From Microbotryum violaceum (Eukaryota), in assembly GCA_001244265.2 (NCBI GenBank), contig CDLV01000012.1:1488001-1552000 (forward strand): a stretch of DNA of 64,000 nucleotides, in the 5' to 3' direction. Positions 24,470-37,357 of this stretch are shown one piece after another. The translations under genes and the position numbers were made by a program. Position 1 is the first letter of the stretch. Each line of letters opens with the position of its first letter. The notes under the pieces were generated by a model. It saw only the letters and a list, made by a program, of their open reading frames with translations, made no database searches and was not told where the DNA came from.

Positions 24470-26839
24470 TCAATTCCAAGCGTTCAGGGATTTCCAAGCA
24501 GTGTTGACGCGGTCGTATACCGATACTCTTGCTCGATCGTGCACGGCACCTCTTTTCAATGACTCCTCTACGGCTTGGCCAATGCGCATGTAAACGGCAC
24601 ACGCGGCTCGGATCCCGCCCCTGGCCTCGAATGGAATCAGGTCAATCGTCTTGCGCGTTTCTTCGGCCATGTCCTTGGCAAGTGCGAGTAAACGCAGACG
24701 TGCGTCGGTTGCATCCTCCATGCCACCTTTGCGTTCGAGAGATGCAAGTGGCAGTCGAGGCAGGTACACCCGACCAATCTTGGCATCGGCTGGAACATCC
24801 CGGGCAATGTTGACGAGCTGTAGAGCTTGGCCCATTTTTCGGGCAGCAACCAGTATGCGCTGCCGGTCGCTGCTCGTGCCCGATTGGCCAAACTCTTCCC
24901 AAATGAGTTGCATGCACAAGTCGGCGACCGATGAGGCGACGTCGGAAGCGTATCGAAGCAGAGCGTCTTCATCCGCGATTAGTGGCGCGGAGTTGTCTTT
25001 TGAAAATGTAGAATCGGTTTTGAATCCGTGAAGAAGCTCGTTAAGGGGGCCCCGAGTAATAGGGAGATCGAGCAGCAGCCTGAACGTCGCCCGTTGCGCT
25101 GGACCTAGAATTCCAAACAGATTTTTCGCTTCTGGCCATTCCGGTGACAAGTCAATAGAGCTGGCACGATCGACGTGGTTTTGAGGAGCAGAGCTTGGGT
25201 ATTTGGCATCGAGGTAGGCCGAGATCAAGGAGATGTTTCTCGTTGCAACCTCGTTGGAGCTAGCGTCGTCCACGAGATCATCGGCAACGCGACACCACGC
25301 GTATCTACAGGTGTCAATCACACCAAATCAGGCGAGCCCGGGAGGCCACTGACGAAATACTAGGTGCGAATACTTACAGTGACAGTAAATTGAGTTGTAG
25401 TCGTCCTTCGAACACAAAGTTCGCTGTGTAGAAGCTCTTCGATTTCTCTCGAAGTAGACCCACCGCAGCGCTGAGGTCGGCGAGCCGAGCGTGAGGCAAA
25501 CTTTGGGGACGTGTCACCACTGTTCGCAACAGTCCGAGTATAGGTCGTTGCTTCCATGTCCTTTTAAATTCATGATTTGAAGGCGCGTCGTAGATGGCCA
25601 GGCAATAATCACTTCGAACGTCCGTCAATCGTCAGCTTTGTAACTAGCTTTCGATCGGCTGAGTCGGCAGGCTGTTGCTCACCAAGCTGCGAGACCAAAA
25701 ACGACCATGACGTTGGTAAGCAAGAAGAAGACGGCTTCCCTGTAAAGTTCAGAAAGACGCGGTCAGCATCATTAGAAGCTATGCGCGTTTGTCAGCCATA
25801 ACTCACTCAACCTCCAGGCCATAGACGGCGACACCGAGCTTTGTTCCTCGCTCAATCACCCAGGTCCCTCTCTGGAGAGCAAGTGCGTCGCAGACCCACA
25901 GATAGACTGTCGGGAGTAAAATCGGTATCAAGGTAGCATAGAGCGGTAGAGCGATGATGTGGGAAGATGCGACGCCCCTACACATGCGGGAAGAAGCCGG
26001 AAAACAAAAATGAGCAGAGTTGTTTTCCCTCCCAGTTCAATCAGATTGTGGCAGCCATGAGCGCACCATAACAATGCAAGGAAGGGGGATACCCATGCCA
26101 CGATGAGGGCCATATACGTCCACTCTCCTCCGCGACGGAGTTGATCGACAGCGACGGCCGTCACCCCAAGAAACGCCATCATTCCGATTGATGCAATTCG
26201 GGTAACCCGATCCGCGGCCTTGGTGGATCTCGGCAGGAGGAGAACGTGTAGAACGGGTTTAGAGCACAAAGCGTAGATGCATGAGGTGATGTAGGTTTGA
26301 ATGAAGAAGAAGAAAACCTCCTCGATCGGTATGGACGCGAGGGTGGGTCCAAGGCATGACGAGGGCGGGTACGACCAGATCTGTGACAACTCGAAACCAA
26401 AACCGTCTCAGTGCGACTCCTTCATAGCCAAGTGCCCAGGGGAAATGGATACGATTACCCTGTTACGGATGAGATACGAATCCCAAGGAATGGTCGCCTG
26501 TATAGGTGGGAACTAGCTAGTGAGCTTCTCGAAACAGCCAGGCTGAGCACCTCTTACAGTTATGGCAATCTGTTCGAGTCGACGACAAGAGTCAGCTGCA
26601 CCTCCTGCATGAGAATCAAGCGTATAGTGGTCCCCTCACAAGAATCAACGCGGTCGTCTTGTTCACCTCGCGTCTCGTCCGTAAACGCCGAAGACTCCTC
26701 CAGAGCAGCAGCGCCGGCGGAATCGTCCACCACAGGTGACTATGTTCGTTCGGCGGGGAGCTTCGCCCGAGTCAGTCCCCATGAACAGCTAGTGCACAAG
26801 GCCTTGAATGACTGACACTTTCGTATAGTCTGCGCCCAT
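24470..26839 (-). CDS. CAR2: Bifunctional lycopene cyclase/phytoene synthase (CrtYB/Al-2/CarRA type)
   Basis: Cyclase part: MGADYTKV|HLWWTIPP..|IAIT|ATIPWDSYLIRNR|IWSYP..IPIEEVFFFFIQTY..PTVYLWVCDALALQRGTWVIERGTKLG..EEAVFFLLTN. Synthase part: 'KSKSFYTA', 'YAWCRVADDLVDD', 'MGQALQLVNIARDV..DAKIGRVYLP'. Confidence 0.96.
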
Positions 26840-27630
26840 TCGAACTTATGCGAGACTCTGCGAGCTACGACTCCGAGTCGCGAGGCCTTCGTACGGGGAG
26901 CAATTCGAAAGCCTTAGTGCGCGCGGGGCACCACTTGTTATGCCCAGGACAATCGAGTCGCGTTCCTAGCCTAGCCTAGACGGTATTCAGCACGTATCCC
27001 CCCCCAGCACACTCACGGTTGCCAACGCAGGTGGCGTACCTCCAAGTAGGGCGGGTACATGTTATTCCACTGGGAGTTGCTCTCCCAGCATCTTGTCTTA
27101 CTACGTACGTACTCAGCTGGAATACTGCTCATATCCCGAGGTGCTCCCATTCGTAGGTACCAGGCCGGGCAAGTTGCTTTGCTTTCCGAAATCTCGGCTC
27201 GATCCGGCCGCCCCAGATCTCGATCTCGGCCTCCGCGCTAGTCTTGTCCGAGGCGGTTCCCAGCTCCAAGCCCAATCTCGGTGACGACTTGATCACGGGC
27301 AGACGAAGAACTCGATGACGTCGTCGCCGCGGTGGCGCGTAAGCATCGATGTGTGAGTTGCACCTGCTTTCTAGGATCCTTTTTAGTGTACGTTTTCCGA
27401 CAAAGGCAGACGCACAACCTCGGTCACTTGATACTTCCTCATTGGTCGTTGACGCGTTGACTGCCGCCACCGCTCCCGCTATTGCGCCGCGCTTTCGCCT
27501 CGGAGACCGCTCCCGTGCCTAACTTTCGTTGCACCCTGCCTCGATTTGCTTCATTGCCGTTCATAAAACTGCAGGCGACACTTCTCGTAGGTATCCCGTC
27601 GGTAGAGCAGCTCGTGTGCTCCTGAGCGAC
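26840..27630. promoter_or_regulatory. Bidirectional promoter region shared by CAR2 and the carotenoid oxygenase; contains a GATC-repeat cluster
   Basis: About 790 bp separate the divergent ATGs (26839 on -, 27631 on +). 'CTCGATCCG...AGATCTCGATCTC' lies at 27198-27227. Confidence 0.55.
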
Positions 27631-29961
27631 ATGGCGAAGCACCCCTACGCCTCGGGCAACTACCGCCCAATGCACTGCGAGCGAGGTCTGACGACATGCG
27701 AATGGCAAGGTCACATCCCCGACGAGCTTGCGGGAGGGTACGTCCCCGCTCACCCGGTTTGACGTGGGGTCATTTGTGCTGATGTGACTTGCAATTCCCT
27801 GTGGATCGCTGAAAAAACAGGATGTATATCAGAAACGGCAGTAACCCATCTATCGCCAGCGGGTCGAGCGTCAAGACCGAGGACTTTGAGCGAGCCTACC
27901 ACTGGGTCGGTCATGAGTTTCGCGGCGGTGGCAATTGATCCCAGAAGACGAGGGCTGACTTTTCAACTACGCGTGTTGGTGGATGCTTGAATGTTCAGTT
28001 TGACGGCGATGGGATGCTGCAAGGCGTGTACTTCCCGCGGCGCCCGGTCGACGCTGCGAAGGACCCCAGTGGTTCGGCCGTCGCTGCGCCCGAGTTCGTC
28101 AATCGCTACGTGCTCACCGATGTTCTACTCGCAACACCTGCCGATGCGACGGCACCAATCCTTCCTTCAATCACGACATTATTGGGCCCCTTGAAGCAAC
28201 TACCTGCGTTGATTGCCTCCGTATCACGTGCGGTGATCTTGGCCGCACTTTCGTTTGCGGCGGCCTCTGCCGAGGCCATCAGCCATGTGTCGGTCGCAAA
28301 TACGTCAATACTTTACCACGACGGCCGTGCTCTGGCTGGGTGTGAAAGTGGTCCTCTGGCCTGGGTTCGTCTCCCAGCCCTGGAAACAGTTGGATGGTGG
28401 GATCTCGATGGCGACGATGGCGAAATCGGTATGAGAGAGAAGCATGGCGCTCTCGGGTGGATGAAGGAATGGACGACCGCGCATGTGAGTATCAGCTTGT
28501 CGACCAAATCAATTTGCTCAAACTGACTCGATCACTGTGAAACGCCACCATATAGCCCAAACGTGATCCCGTCACCGGCGAGCTGATCCTGTTCCACTCA
28601 ACCATGCTGCCGCCTTACCTATCCTACTCGGTCATCCCATCAACCCAGAACGGCAAAGCACAAACCCCGCGGATACTGGGCGCTCCTGTGCCGATTTGTA
28701 CGTTGCGAGAAGGGCCATCAAAGGTCAGGAAGCGTCTTCTAATGCGGATGTTTACTTCTTCACGACTCGTTTAGCTGGGCCTCGGATGATGCATGACTGT
28801 GCGGCATCTCATACCCACACGATTCTGCTTGACATTCCCCTGTCGCTGGATCCGTTGAACCTGCTCCGCGGCGTGCCGGTCGTTGCATATTCGCCATCGA
28901 TTCCCGCGCGATTTGGAGTGCTCCCGCGTCACAGCCCAGAAAATGTTCGGTGGTACTCGGCACCGAGCTGTATCATATTTCACACCGCCTTCGCCTACAA
29001 CCAGGTCGATCCGGTGACTTTGCAGGAGTCGTTAAACCTCGTCTGCTGTCGCCTCAACTCGTCGCGACTTGTATATGCTGCAGGCAACATTCCGACCCCG
29101 TCATCACAACTTCAGCCGGGCTTGGAGGAGACATGTCGACTGTACTATTACTCGTTCGTGCTCTCGGATGTGGTCTTGCCTCAAGACCTTGCGCCGTCGC
29201 ACGCCTTTGCATTGTCGGTCTTGCCTTTCGAGTTTGCCACGGTGCCTCTCAAGCATTCCATGAGCTCTTCGCGCTACGTGTACGGGTGTTCAATGCGGGT
29301 GGGTTCGTTCAGTGCTGCCCTGGGAGGTGCAGCAAAAATCGACTGCATCGTCAAGATGGACGTCCAGGCTCTCATTTCCGAAGGTACCGACCGAAGGTTG
29401 CACGACGAACAAGCGGTTGACGAGCGCACGATGACTCAAATCCTCGAGGATCAAAGGAGCGGGGTCTCTTCCCACATCAAGGTGTTTGTGATGCCACCGG
29501 GTCACTTTGCGCAAGAGAGCTCTTTCGTCTCGCGGGCGTCGCCTCGCGGCGAAGACGATGGGTTCTTGCTCTTCTACGTCTTTGACGAATCTCAGCTCGA
29601 TCCACTCACGGGCGAACCGATGGAACATGCCAAATCCGAGTTGTGGATCATTGACGCGTGGACGATGGTTGATGTCATAGCCAAAGTGCAGCTGCCACAA
29701 AGAGGTGAGTAAGCAGTTTCGGTGTCGAGTACAAAGGCGGAGGCATTGCTGACAAATTTGCGGGGAAAATTTTAAGTGCCTTACGGCCTTCACGGAAGCT
29801 GGTTCACAGAGCGAGAGATAGCACGCCAACGCCAAGCGCCAACCCTTCGACAACGACCTCCTGCTACGCAGAACTCGAAATTGGGGTCGGTACGAGAGAC
29901 TGGCCATCGCCTCGGCTGGTGGGGAAGTCAATGCCAACGCCTCATTGAAATTTTAGCGTGA
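27631..29961 (+). CDS. Carotenoid cleavage oxygenase (RPE65/CCO family; CarX/Cco1-like, putative retinal-forming)
   Basis: 'HPYASGNYRP...GHIPDELAGG|MYIRNG...YHW|FDGDGML', 'NRYVLTD', 'SVANTSILYHDGRALAGCESGP'. The four Fe-ligand His contexts are present: 'TTAH|PK', 'MMHD', 'IFHTA', 'PYGLHGSW'. Also 'EDDGFLLFYVFDE'. Confidence 0.93.
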
Positions 29962-30657
29962 GCAAATGTAATGGTGGCGTGGATCGTTCGCGGTCTGCCT
30001 GCAATCTAGAAAGCGTTTTGTGTCGCTTGTATAATGTTGCTTAAATAATGGTATTATTCAAATATATTCTGGCATCGTAGCCTGAGTATCATGTTGAGAC
30101 AAATCGTTCAGCCCAAGTGGGGTGCACGGGCGTCGACGCTCCTGTTCGAAAAGTCCGAGGGAGCACTCCGAGGCGCACCTCGATCGATCGCCGCGGTGAC
30201 CTCGCAGCTTACTCCGACCTTTGCCTCCCCCAGTTTCTCCTCCTCCCTCGCACCTCTCCCCCCCCACCCGGCACCTCCCCCCCATTGTGTCCATCCTTCA
30301 TCTCAACGCTCGCTGAAACGTCAGCTCTACCCCTGATCTAGGGAAGACACCCGAGATTGTGTGGCGCGCCGCGACGCAAAAGTTGGCGACGAACGGCTTC
30401 GAAGCTTTCACACCAACGACCTGGGGGGCCCGTGCGAGGTTGCGCTTCTTCGTCGATAGGTGAGCCTTCTGTCTATGGCTGGCGCCAAATTCACAGCCAG
30501 AAATACACCTCAGAGTATGTAAGGCTTATCATTCCTTTCCTTCACTCGAACCCGGGCGCTACGCCTGCTGCTGCCGCCGCGATACAGGCGGAGGCGAGTT
30601 GACTGGTTCGCACGTCCCGAGGGTCGATGGGGTCAACCCCCACGTTTTCAGCCCGCC

Positions 30658-33358
30658 ATGGAGTCGCCGCCACCCTCGCCTTCTTCCCCCTCTCCATCGA
30701 TCATGGTCCATCCCAGCCCTGAACAGTCTTTCAGTCACAGTGAACCTTCTTTCGAGCACTCGAGCAGGTCATCGCCGCCATCGTCCCCCTTTTCGCAACG
30801 TGGCCAGAGACGTCGCCTCAACCCCGAAGATTGGTCCGGCGATTCGAGCATGGACAGTGTTCGTTACCCCAACCCAACAAGCCAAGGTGTATCGTCGTGT
30901 GATACTTCGTTTGAAGTCATCTTAGATTCCGAAACCCCTCGCTGGTTCTTGAGGGGCTCCACCAGCCATGAAAGCAGTGCGGACGCTGATGCCGAGCGAG
31001 TCTCTCCGACCTCGACGAACGCGTCGGACCTACATCCCAAGAAATCCTCACCTTCGAAAACGGATCAAAGGCCTCGCGCATCTTCGGTGGCCGACATGCG
31101 ACTCATCGGAGCTAATTCATTCGCGGCATCGAGCGACGCTGAGTTACAGTCTGCCGAGGGCTCAGCTGCAGCAGCTTCACGCCGTGCCTCCCACGATGGC
31201 GTTTTACTTGGTCATAGGAGGCCGAGCATTTTACCCACTCTCGAAGCCATTCCGGATGACCGCATCAGCGAGGCCGTGGCGGGAGCGACGCTCGACCCTC
31301 AGGCATCCATGTTCGAACCCTCGATGCCGCGAGACTCAAGTGTGGCTCGTGATGACCCGATCATCAGCGATAGCATTGAGCTCATCATCGAGAGGGGAAA
31401 GAACGAATTCGGTGATCTGACCAAGGCTGCGCGCTATGGACTGGCGCAGCGAGGCTTCTCGACAATCCCCTCACTGCACGGGCCCCTGTCGCTTCCTTAT
31501 GCTCGTTGTCCCTCGTGAGCTCGTATTCACTGAGGGACACGAACACCACGTGAAAGCTTGCTAACGTAAATTGATCAATACACCGTATCCATTCCAGAGG
31601 CATTGATGCATATCTGTTCTCCATGGACAAGGAAGAAGATCCTTGGACGGTGGGTGCGCAGCTAATTATCGATATGGCCGACATATCACTGACACCTGAC
31701 ACACGCCGTGCACACCGCAGTTCGCATTCGATCAAGACACCAGTGCAAGCCGACGCAGTGGGTTCCAAAACCTCAACGCCGGTCGTCACGCCCCTGTACC
31801 GCTTCCTGGAAACGCGCGCTACTTGCAAGGGTCTCACTCTGCACACTCCAGAGTTGGCTCGCGCGTGGTTTCTGCACCGGCTGAGGTTGGCATGGGCTAC
31901 ACTCAGCCAAGTGGCCAAAGCGAGCTACCGCTTGTATCCAGAACCGTTTCACAGCACTACGAGGTAGATGGGACAGAAGGCGCGCTGAGTGGCTCCGTCG
32001 GTATCAGCCCAGCGCCAGCGCTGAAGCGAGAATCCACCGAATTTGAGCTATGGCCCACTCCAGGAGATATGAGAAGCGCTAGCAGCGCCCGGGACCGACT
32101 CGAGGCAATCATCGAGCCCAGAAAAACGGAGTATCACGCGTCATCTACTCGAAATCACCCTCCAATCGACCCTCATCATGACTTTTACCGAATGGAATCC
32201 ACTCTTGACGACTATGGCGCACAACGTCAAGAAACTCGTCAGCGACTCGATGGGGAGCCAGCGCGCCCGGATTTTTATGTCAACCCATACGAAAGCATGG
32301 GGATTATTCCCCCTCATATCTACCTGCAACAGTTTGGCTACCAGTCTGTAGGGGCACCTTGGGCCACCATCAACTCGCTCCCAAGCGGCACGTCCTGGTT
32401 GTCGAACCAAGCACCGCGTGGCGTTTCGAGCTCGACTGCGCATCTCCCACCTCATCTGGCCCCTCCGTCTTCGACGACTCCTCATTTCAACTCGATTTAC
32501 TTCAGCGCTCAGGGTAGTATGGTGACACTTCCCCCACGAGGCCCGGCGGACACCTTGCACTTGCGACTGTTCCAAGACCCAGCAATCATTGCCGCCTCCT
32601 ACGTCTCGGATCCCCCGCCTGAACGAGATCCAATGTACCATCATCGTGGGCACTCAGCGTACGACGCTGCTATCCACTCTAGCAATCCTCATACACCTGG
32701 CCGCGACTTTATTCCTCTTGATACACTGTCGCCCTACGCTCATTCGCGTCCGGTCGCCGCCGCCGAGTACCGACGCGGAAGCGCCGAGTCCGAGTTCTAT
32801 GGCACCGCTGGATATCGTCTTCCTACCGACAGCATTCGCATCCCGGAACTAGCCACCAACAACGAATTGATCATGTCTCGTCGACCGTCCGTGCCCCTCC
32901 AAGTCGCAAGTATGCGCTCCGCAGCACTCACTGAACGACGAAATCCGGCCGCACCGGCGATACCCCAAATTGGTGAACCTCGCTCTCATTCAATCGCAAA
33001 GGTGAGAGTCGAGAGTCGAGAGTCGAGACTGCAAACCCAGAGAAGCAAGGAAAGGAAAACAGACTGATTTTGATTCTTGACATAGGGCAACAAACTACGT
33101 CTCCCTTCCATTGTGCCAGGATCAACTCGCCCGGAGTTGGACGAGTCGAGGCCAAGCTCAACGCATTGCGCGGCAGATGGCACGATTATCCTCGGCGCCA
33201 ACGCCAACCTTGGGAACGTCCCAGGTCTGCAAGCCAGTGATCCTGCACCGGCTTCCATCCGCACCTCGACCGAGAAGCAGCGCAAGTCACGTTCATACCG
33301 AGCAGGTCGCGGGAGAAAGCGTTCAAAAGCTCGCTCGAGTCCGAGTGAGGCCGCTTAG
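30658..33358 (+). CDS. Hypothetical Ser/Pro-rich, largely disordered protein (about 4 exons)
   Basis: Long ORFs join in frame through canonical introns near 31515-31597, 31650-31720 and 33002-33085. One ordered-looking block, 'RGFSTIPSLHGPLSLPYARCPSGIDAYL'. No family recognised. Confidence 0.65.
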
Positions 33359-33866
33359 CGCCTCAGCCCCTTTTCCCACCCCGGCTCCTAGCGAGATTGA
33401 CATGCGTCGCTTCGCAGGCTTGTTTTAACCCTTTCATACTATGTCGAAGCTCGTCACGAAAAAGCAAAAACCTCAGCATTTTGAAGATTCAAAGACTTTA
33501 GTACCGAACCTCTGTGCAGCAGATTTATAGTTGACTCTTTCTCGAAATTTACCTCGCTCCTGTGTACTACTTTGACAAGTCGACAACGACAGCACTTTAA
33601 CTTGAGCAGTGGTGTCGCTGCCTCTAGGACTAGGCCTCGCTTCACTCCAGACCAGCTCATTACACGAAGCCGGCGTCTCCTTGCTATTGTTCGAGTTCAT
33701 TGCATGAGGACAAAAGCTAGCCGCATCCGCACATGCTTATGTCATCATTTTTCTCTGTCCTTCATCGACCTTATTATATTCGGAGCCTTCCACCGGGGAA
33801 CAGAGGACATCTCTTGGTGCATCCATTGCTCAAGCTGGGATTTGTTGAATCGCTCGCTCGCATGGA

Positions 33867-36175
33867 TCAGCCCATCAATTCGGCCTGTGAAGAACGAGTA
33901 GGAGCGCAATACTCTCATCAGCATCGGCCGCCTCGATTTCGAGCAGTCGGGGAGCGTAGCCGCCCTTTGGGCGACTCACCATGGCTTGCATCTCCGGGCC
34001 ACCCGACTCCTTCATCATCAACTCGAAGTAAGAGTAGATGATGGTCGTCGCCAAGAGAATACCTGTACCGCTTCCCAAAGCTCCGACCAGATCCGTGCCG
34101 ACGGAAAGAAGTCCGATGACGGCACCGCCAAAGATGGCGGCGGTGGGGATGACACGCTTGAGCTCCTTGTACATGGACCCTTCACGATGGCCGGCGATGA
34201 CCATTTGCTGATCCTTGAGTTGCTTCGCGACGTCGCGGGGGCCGGAGCCAGAGATCTCGATCCACGTCTTGGAGAAGATCGCACATGCCGTGAGCATGAA
34301 AATGATGTAAAGCGAGGTGTGGATCGGATCCGTGACGACTTCCTTGAGCGTGTGAGGGGGCGACATGTAGTAAGCGAGACCAGACCTGACGAGTCCAAAG
34401 AAAGGGGGTTCGTGTTCAGTCGTAGACTCCGACAAGCGCTGGCGACAGCGCGCTGAACTCACTTGGCCATCAACTGCGCGGAATCTTCCATTGGCTGGTA
34501 AGAGAAAATTGAAGATGGGTCAACGATCTGCGGCTCAAAGTGATCGAGAATCAAAATGAATATCGCGGTGAAGACAACCTACCTCCCAAACGCCGAGCAG
34601 TCGGACAGCCAAGTTCTCAGGAAATCGGTTGAATAGCATTTGCGAAACGATGAAGACGTTGGACGTTAAAGCGCTTTCAAGCATGATAGGCATGTTACTG
34701 GGAAGTAAATGAAATGTCAATGGTGGTCATGCGGTTGATTTGGAATTAGAGCTGGAAAGAAACTCACCTGGTGTAGAACAACTTGACGGGGTACGTGCCG
34801 CGCTGTCCCCTGAAGCGGTTACTCTTGACAGGGATTTCGATACGGAATCCTTGAAGCCAGATGACAAGAGCAAAGACGCCGACGGTGGCAATGAGGTTCA
34901 TAACGTTGGGCAGGCGTTCACGGTAGAATGCCTCCTTAAGCGCTCGCGACTTGTCGTTCCATGTGAAGAGAAGGTGGAACAAGGCGATCAGGGCCCCTTC
35001 GAATTCGGGGCCGCGACCGGTGTTGACAGTCGTGGGGGAGAAGGCCTTCCAGACGATCGACTCGCAAATGTTGGTGGCGATGAAGAGATTGATACCGGAG
35101 CCAAGACCGTAGCCCTTTTGTAGCAGCTCGTCGAGGAGAATGACGATGAGCGCGGCGACAATGAGTTGGACGACGAGGAGCAGGCAAACACCGGCACCGA
35201 GGTCCGAAGGCTGGCCATATAGTCCGGTCAAGACGTAGACGGTCGAAGTGCCGAACGAGATTAACAGCGCCAGCACTGTTCAGGGAAAGGGCAAGATCTT
35301 GGCGTTTAGTCGAGGACCCGAGCACGTGAAGGCCGCCGCGTGAAAGCCCCAAGTGTGTGATGAGCATGGTGGAGCAAACCTACGTTTCTGGGCACCTGCA
35401 AACAATGCGCGATCTTCTTTGAGGGTGAAGTCGACTTCGATGAAGCCGGCGCCCTGGAGCAGCTGGATGATCATGCCCGAGGTGATGATAGGCGTGATGC
35501 CCAACTCCATCAGTGTACCCCTGTTGGAGGCGAGGATAACACGCATCCAGTAGAGAGGATCTATGAGAAGGCGCGAGTCGAGTACGCGAAAGCATTAGTT
35601 AAACTGGCGCGGAGAAGGCACGGCGGAGGTTCAGCAGCACCGGGAGTCGATGATGCCACGTCGGCCGTTTGTAGCGGCGCCTCGTCACGCGAAACGGCCG
35701 AGCAGCGGACACTGCAGAGAGACGGCGCATGCGACTTACCAGACGAGTCGGACGAGACGATACCATAGAGAGGGATTTGGGAGCAGACCAAGAAGATGAG
35801 GAGCGTGACGGCGGTCCATCCAACCTGGGGCGATGTGGGCACGAGAGCGTCCGTGCCGGCAAGGAGGCGGCAAGGAGGATGAGCAGGGTCGAGGTCAGTT
35901 CTCGGTCGTTTAGGGTCGGCGCGCCACGGCATACCGATCAGCTTTATCTCTCTCTCTCTCTCTCTGTGGGATGTACCTTGGTGTTGAATGGGATCTGTCG
36001 AGTTGCAACGCATGACGGAGTAATCGTACGTCAGCGCACGGTCGAGGCTGCAGCACTGCATGGGGTGGCCCAGCGGGGCGCTCGAGGGCAGACTCACCTT
36101 GCGATCCGGAGCCGTCACTTCGGGCAAGATCGGCAGGAAGGGTCTGACCAAGTTGAGGAACCGAAAGCCGCTCAT
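33867..36175 (-). CDS. SEC61: Protein translocon Sec61 alpha subunit
   Basis: [20 protein letters not shown], '[14 protein letters not shown]', '[21 protein letters not shown]', '[25 protein letters not shown]', '[15 protein letters not shown]', '[21 protein letters not shown]', 'GSGTGILLA'. Last exon AELMG*. Confidence 0.97.
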
Positions 36176-37357
36176 CTTGTACGACTTGCGGAGATGGAGA
36201 CCGGGGGGGTAAGCGAACGAGGTGGGTGGGAAAGAGGGTGCTACGGATGAGTGCGGGGTTTGCCTCTCCTCGCGAGTCCTCGCGTCAGCTCGCGTCCCCC
36301 AGATTGCCACAGCGGGCCAGCGCTGAGAGCGGGGCGGCGAGCGCGCTATGGCCCGGTGGCCATCGGCGGAAGCAAGGGCTGCATTGCATAGATCCAGTGA
36401 ATTTGACTTTAAATGAGTCTGAAACCGCTTTTCAAGAAACACCGAATTCGTGTAGATAACCAAAGAATTATCTGAAATCTAATCAGGCTTGATACAAAAA
36501 ACTTGTTGGCGTCGTCGTTGGCGTGAGAGCGCGAGCTGCTGCGTACCGACGACAGGCTCATGAGATCATGAGACCTCAAGCGCTTTGGTTTCATCACACA
36601 AGTATCACACACCCTTCCCACCGGCTTGCCCCACCTTTCCCCACCAGTCGCCACCGGTCGCCACCGACCAGCTCACCTCGGAGTCTCCTCGCGTCGTCGC
36701 TTTTCGCTTGACCTCAATCAACTCGCTCAGGTACTTCAGCCTCGGCTCGCGACGCACACACGAGCAATCATACGTCAACACCGACATATGAGCAGGTGAG
36801 GCTTGGTAACGATTCACATTCAGTCAGGCACATGACAGCTCTTCGCGGAGCATAACGACAAAAAAAAAAGAATTTCCTGATGGTGATATTCCTGTCAATG
36901 AAGTACCTAAAGAGGCAGGAGTATATGTCTTCATGCATCGGTCGATCCGTCCGGCCAAATCGCCGACCTGCGTCGAACAACTTAACTCGGGAGCACGCGA
37001 AGAGCTACCTACGGGCATACCTGTGCCGGAGCGACCCCACATCTGGCTATTGCTGATTCTCAGCACCCTTATTCTCGATTGCCAGACGTGATGAGGTTGT
37101 GGAGGTATGTCACGCTTACTCATGGCCTTCAATGGGCCCGATCCACTCAACACTGACCAGCAACACATACTCAACCTCATCCTACTCGCGGCGAACGAAC
37201 ATGGCCGCGCTTGCAGACGCTCGACCAGGCCTTGAACAGTCTGAGACAAGAACTCTCGACCGCTCTCGCGTCCGTTTCCAACAGCAGCAATACCACCACC
37301 AGCAGTACCAACTCGTCGAATCGCCAACCTCGCTCACTCTCGTCTACAGCATCCTTT

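Noticed and set aside
31623-31967. Apparent frameshift in the hypothetical gene
   Set aside because: A canonical intron at about 31650-31720 (gtgggt...ctgac...cgcag) restores the frame.
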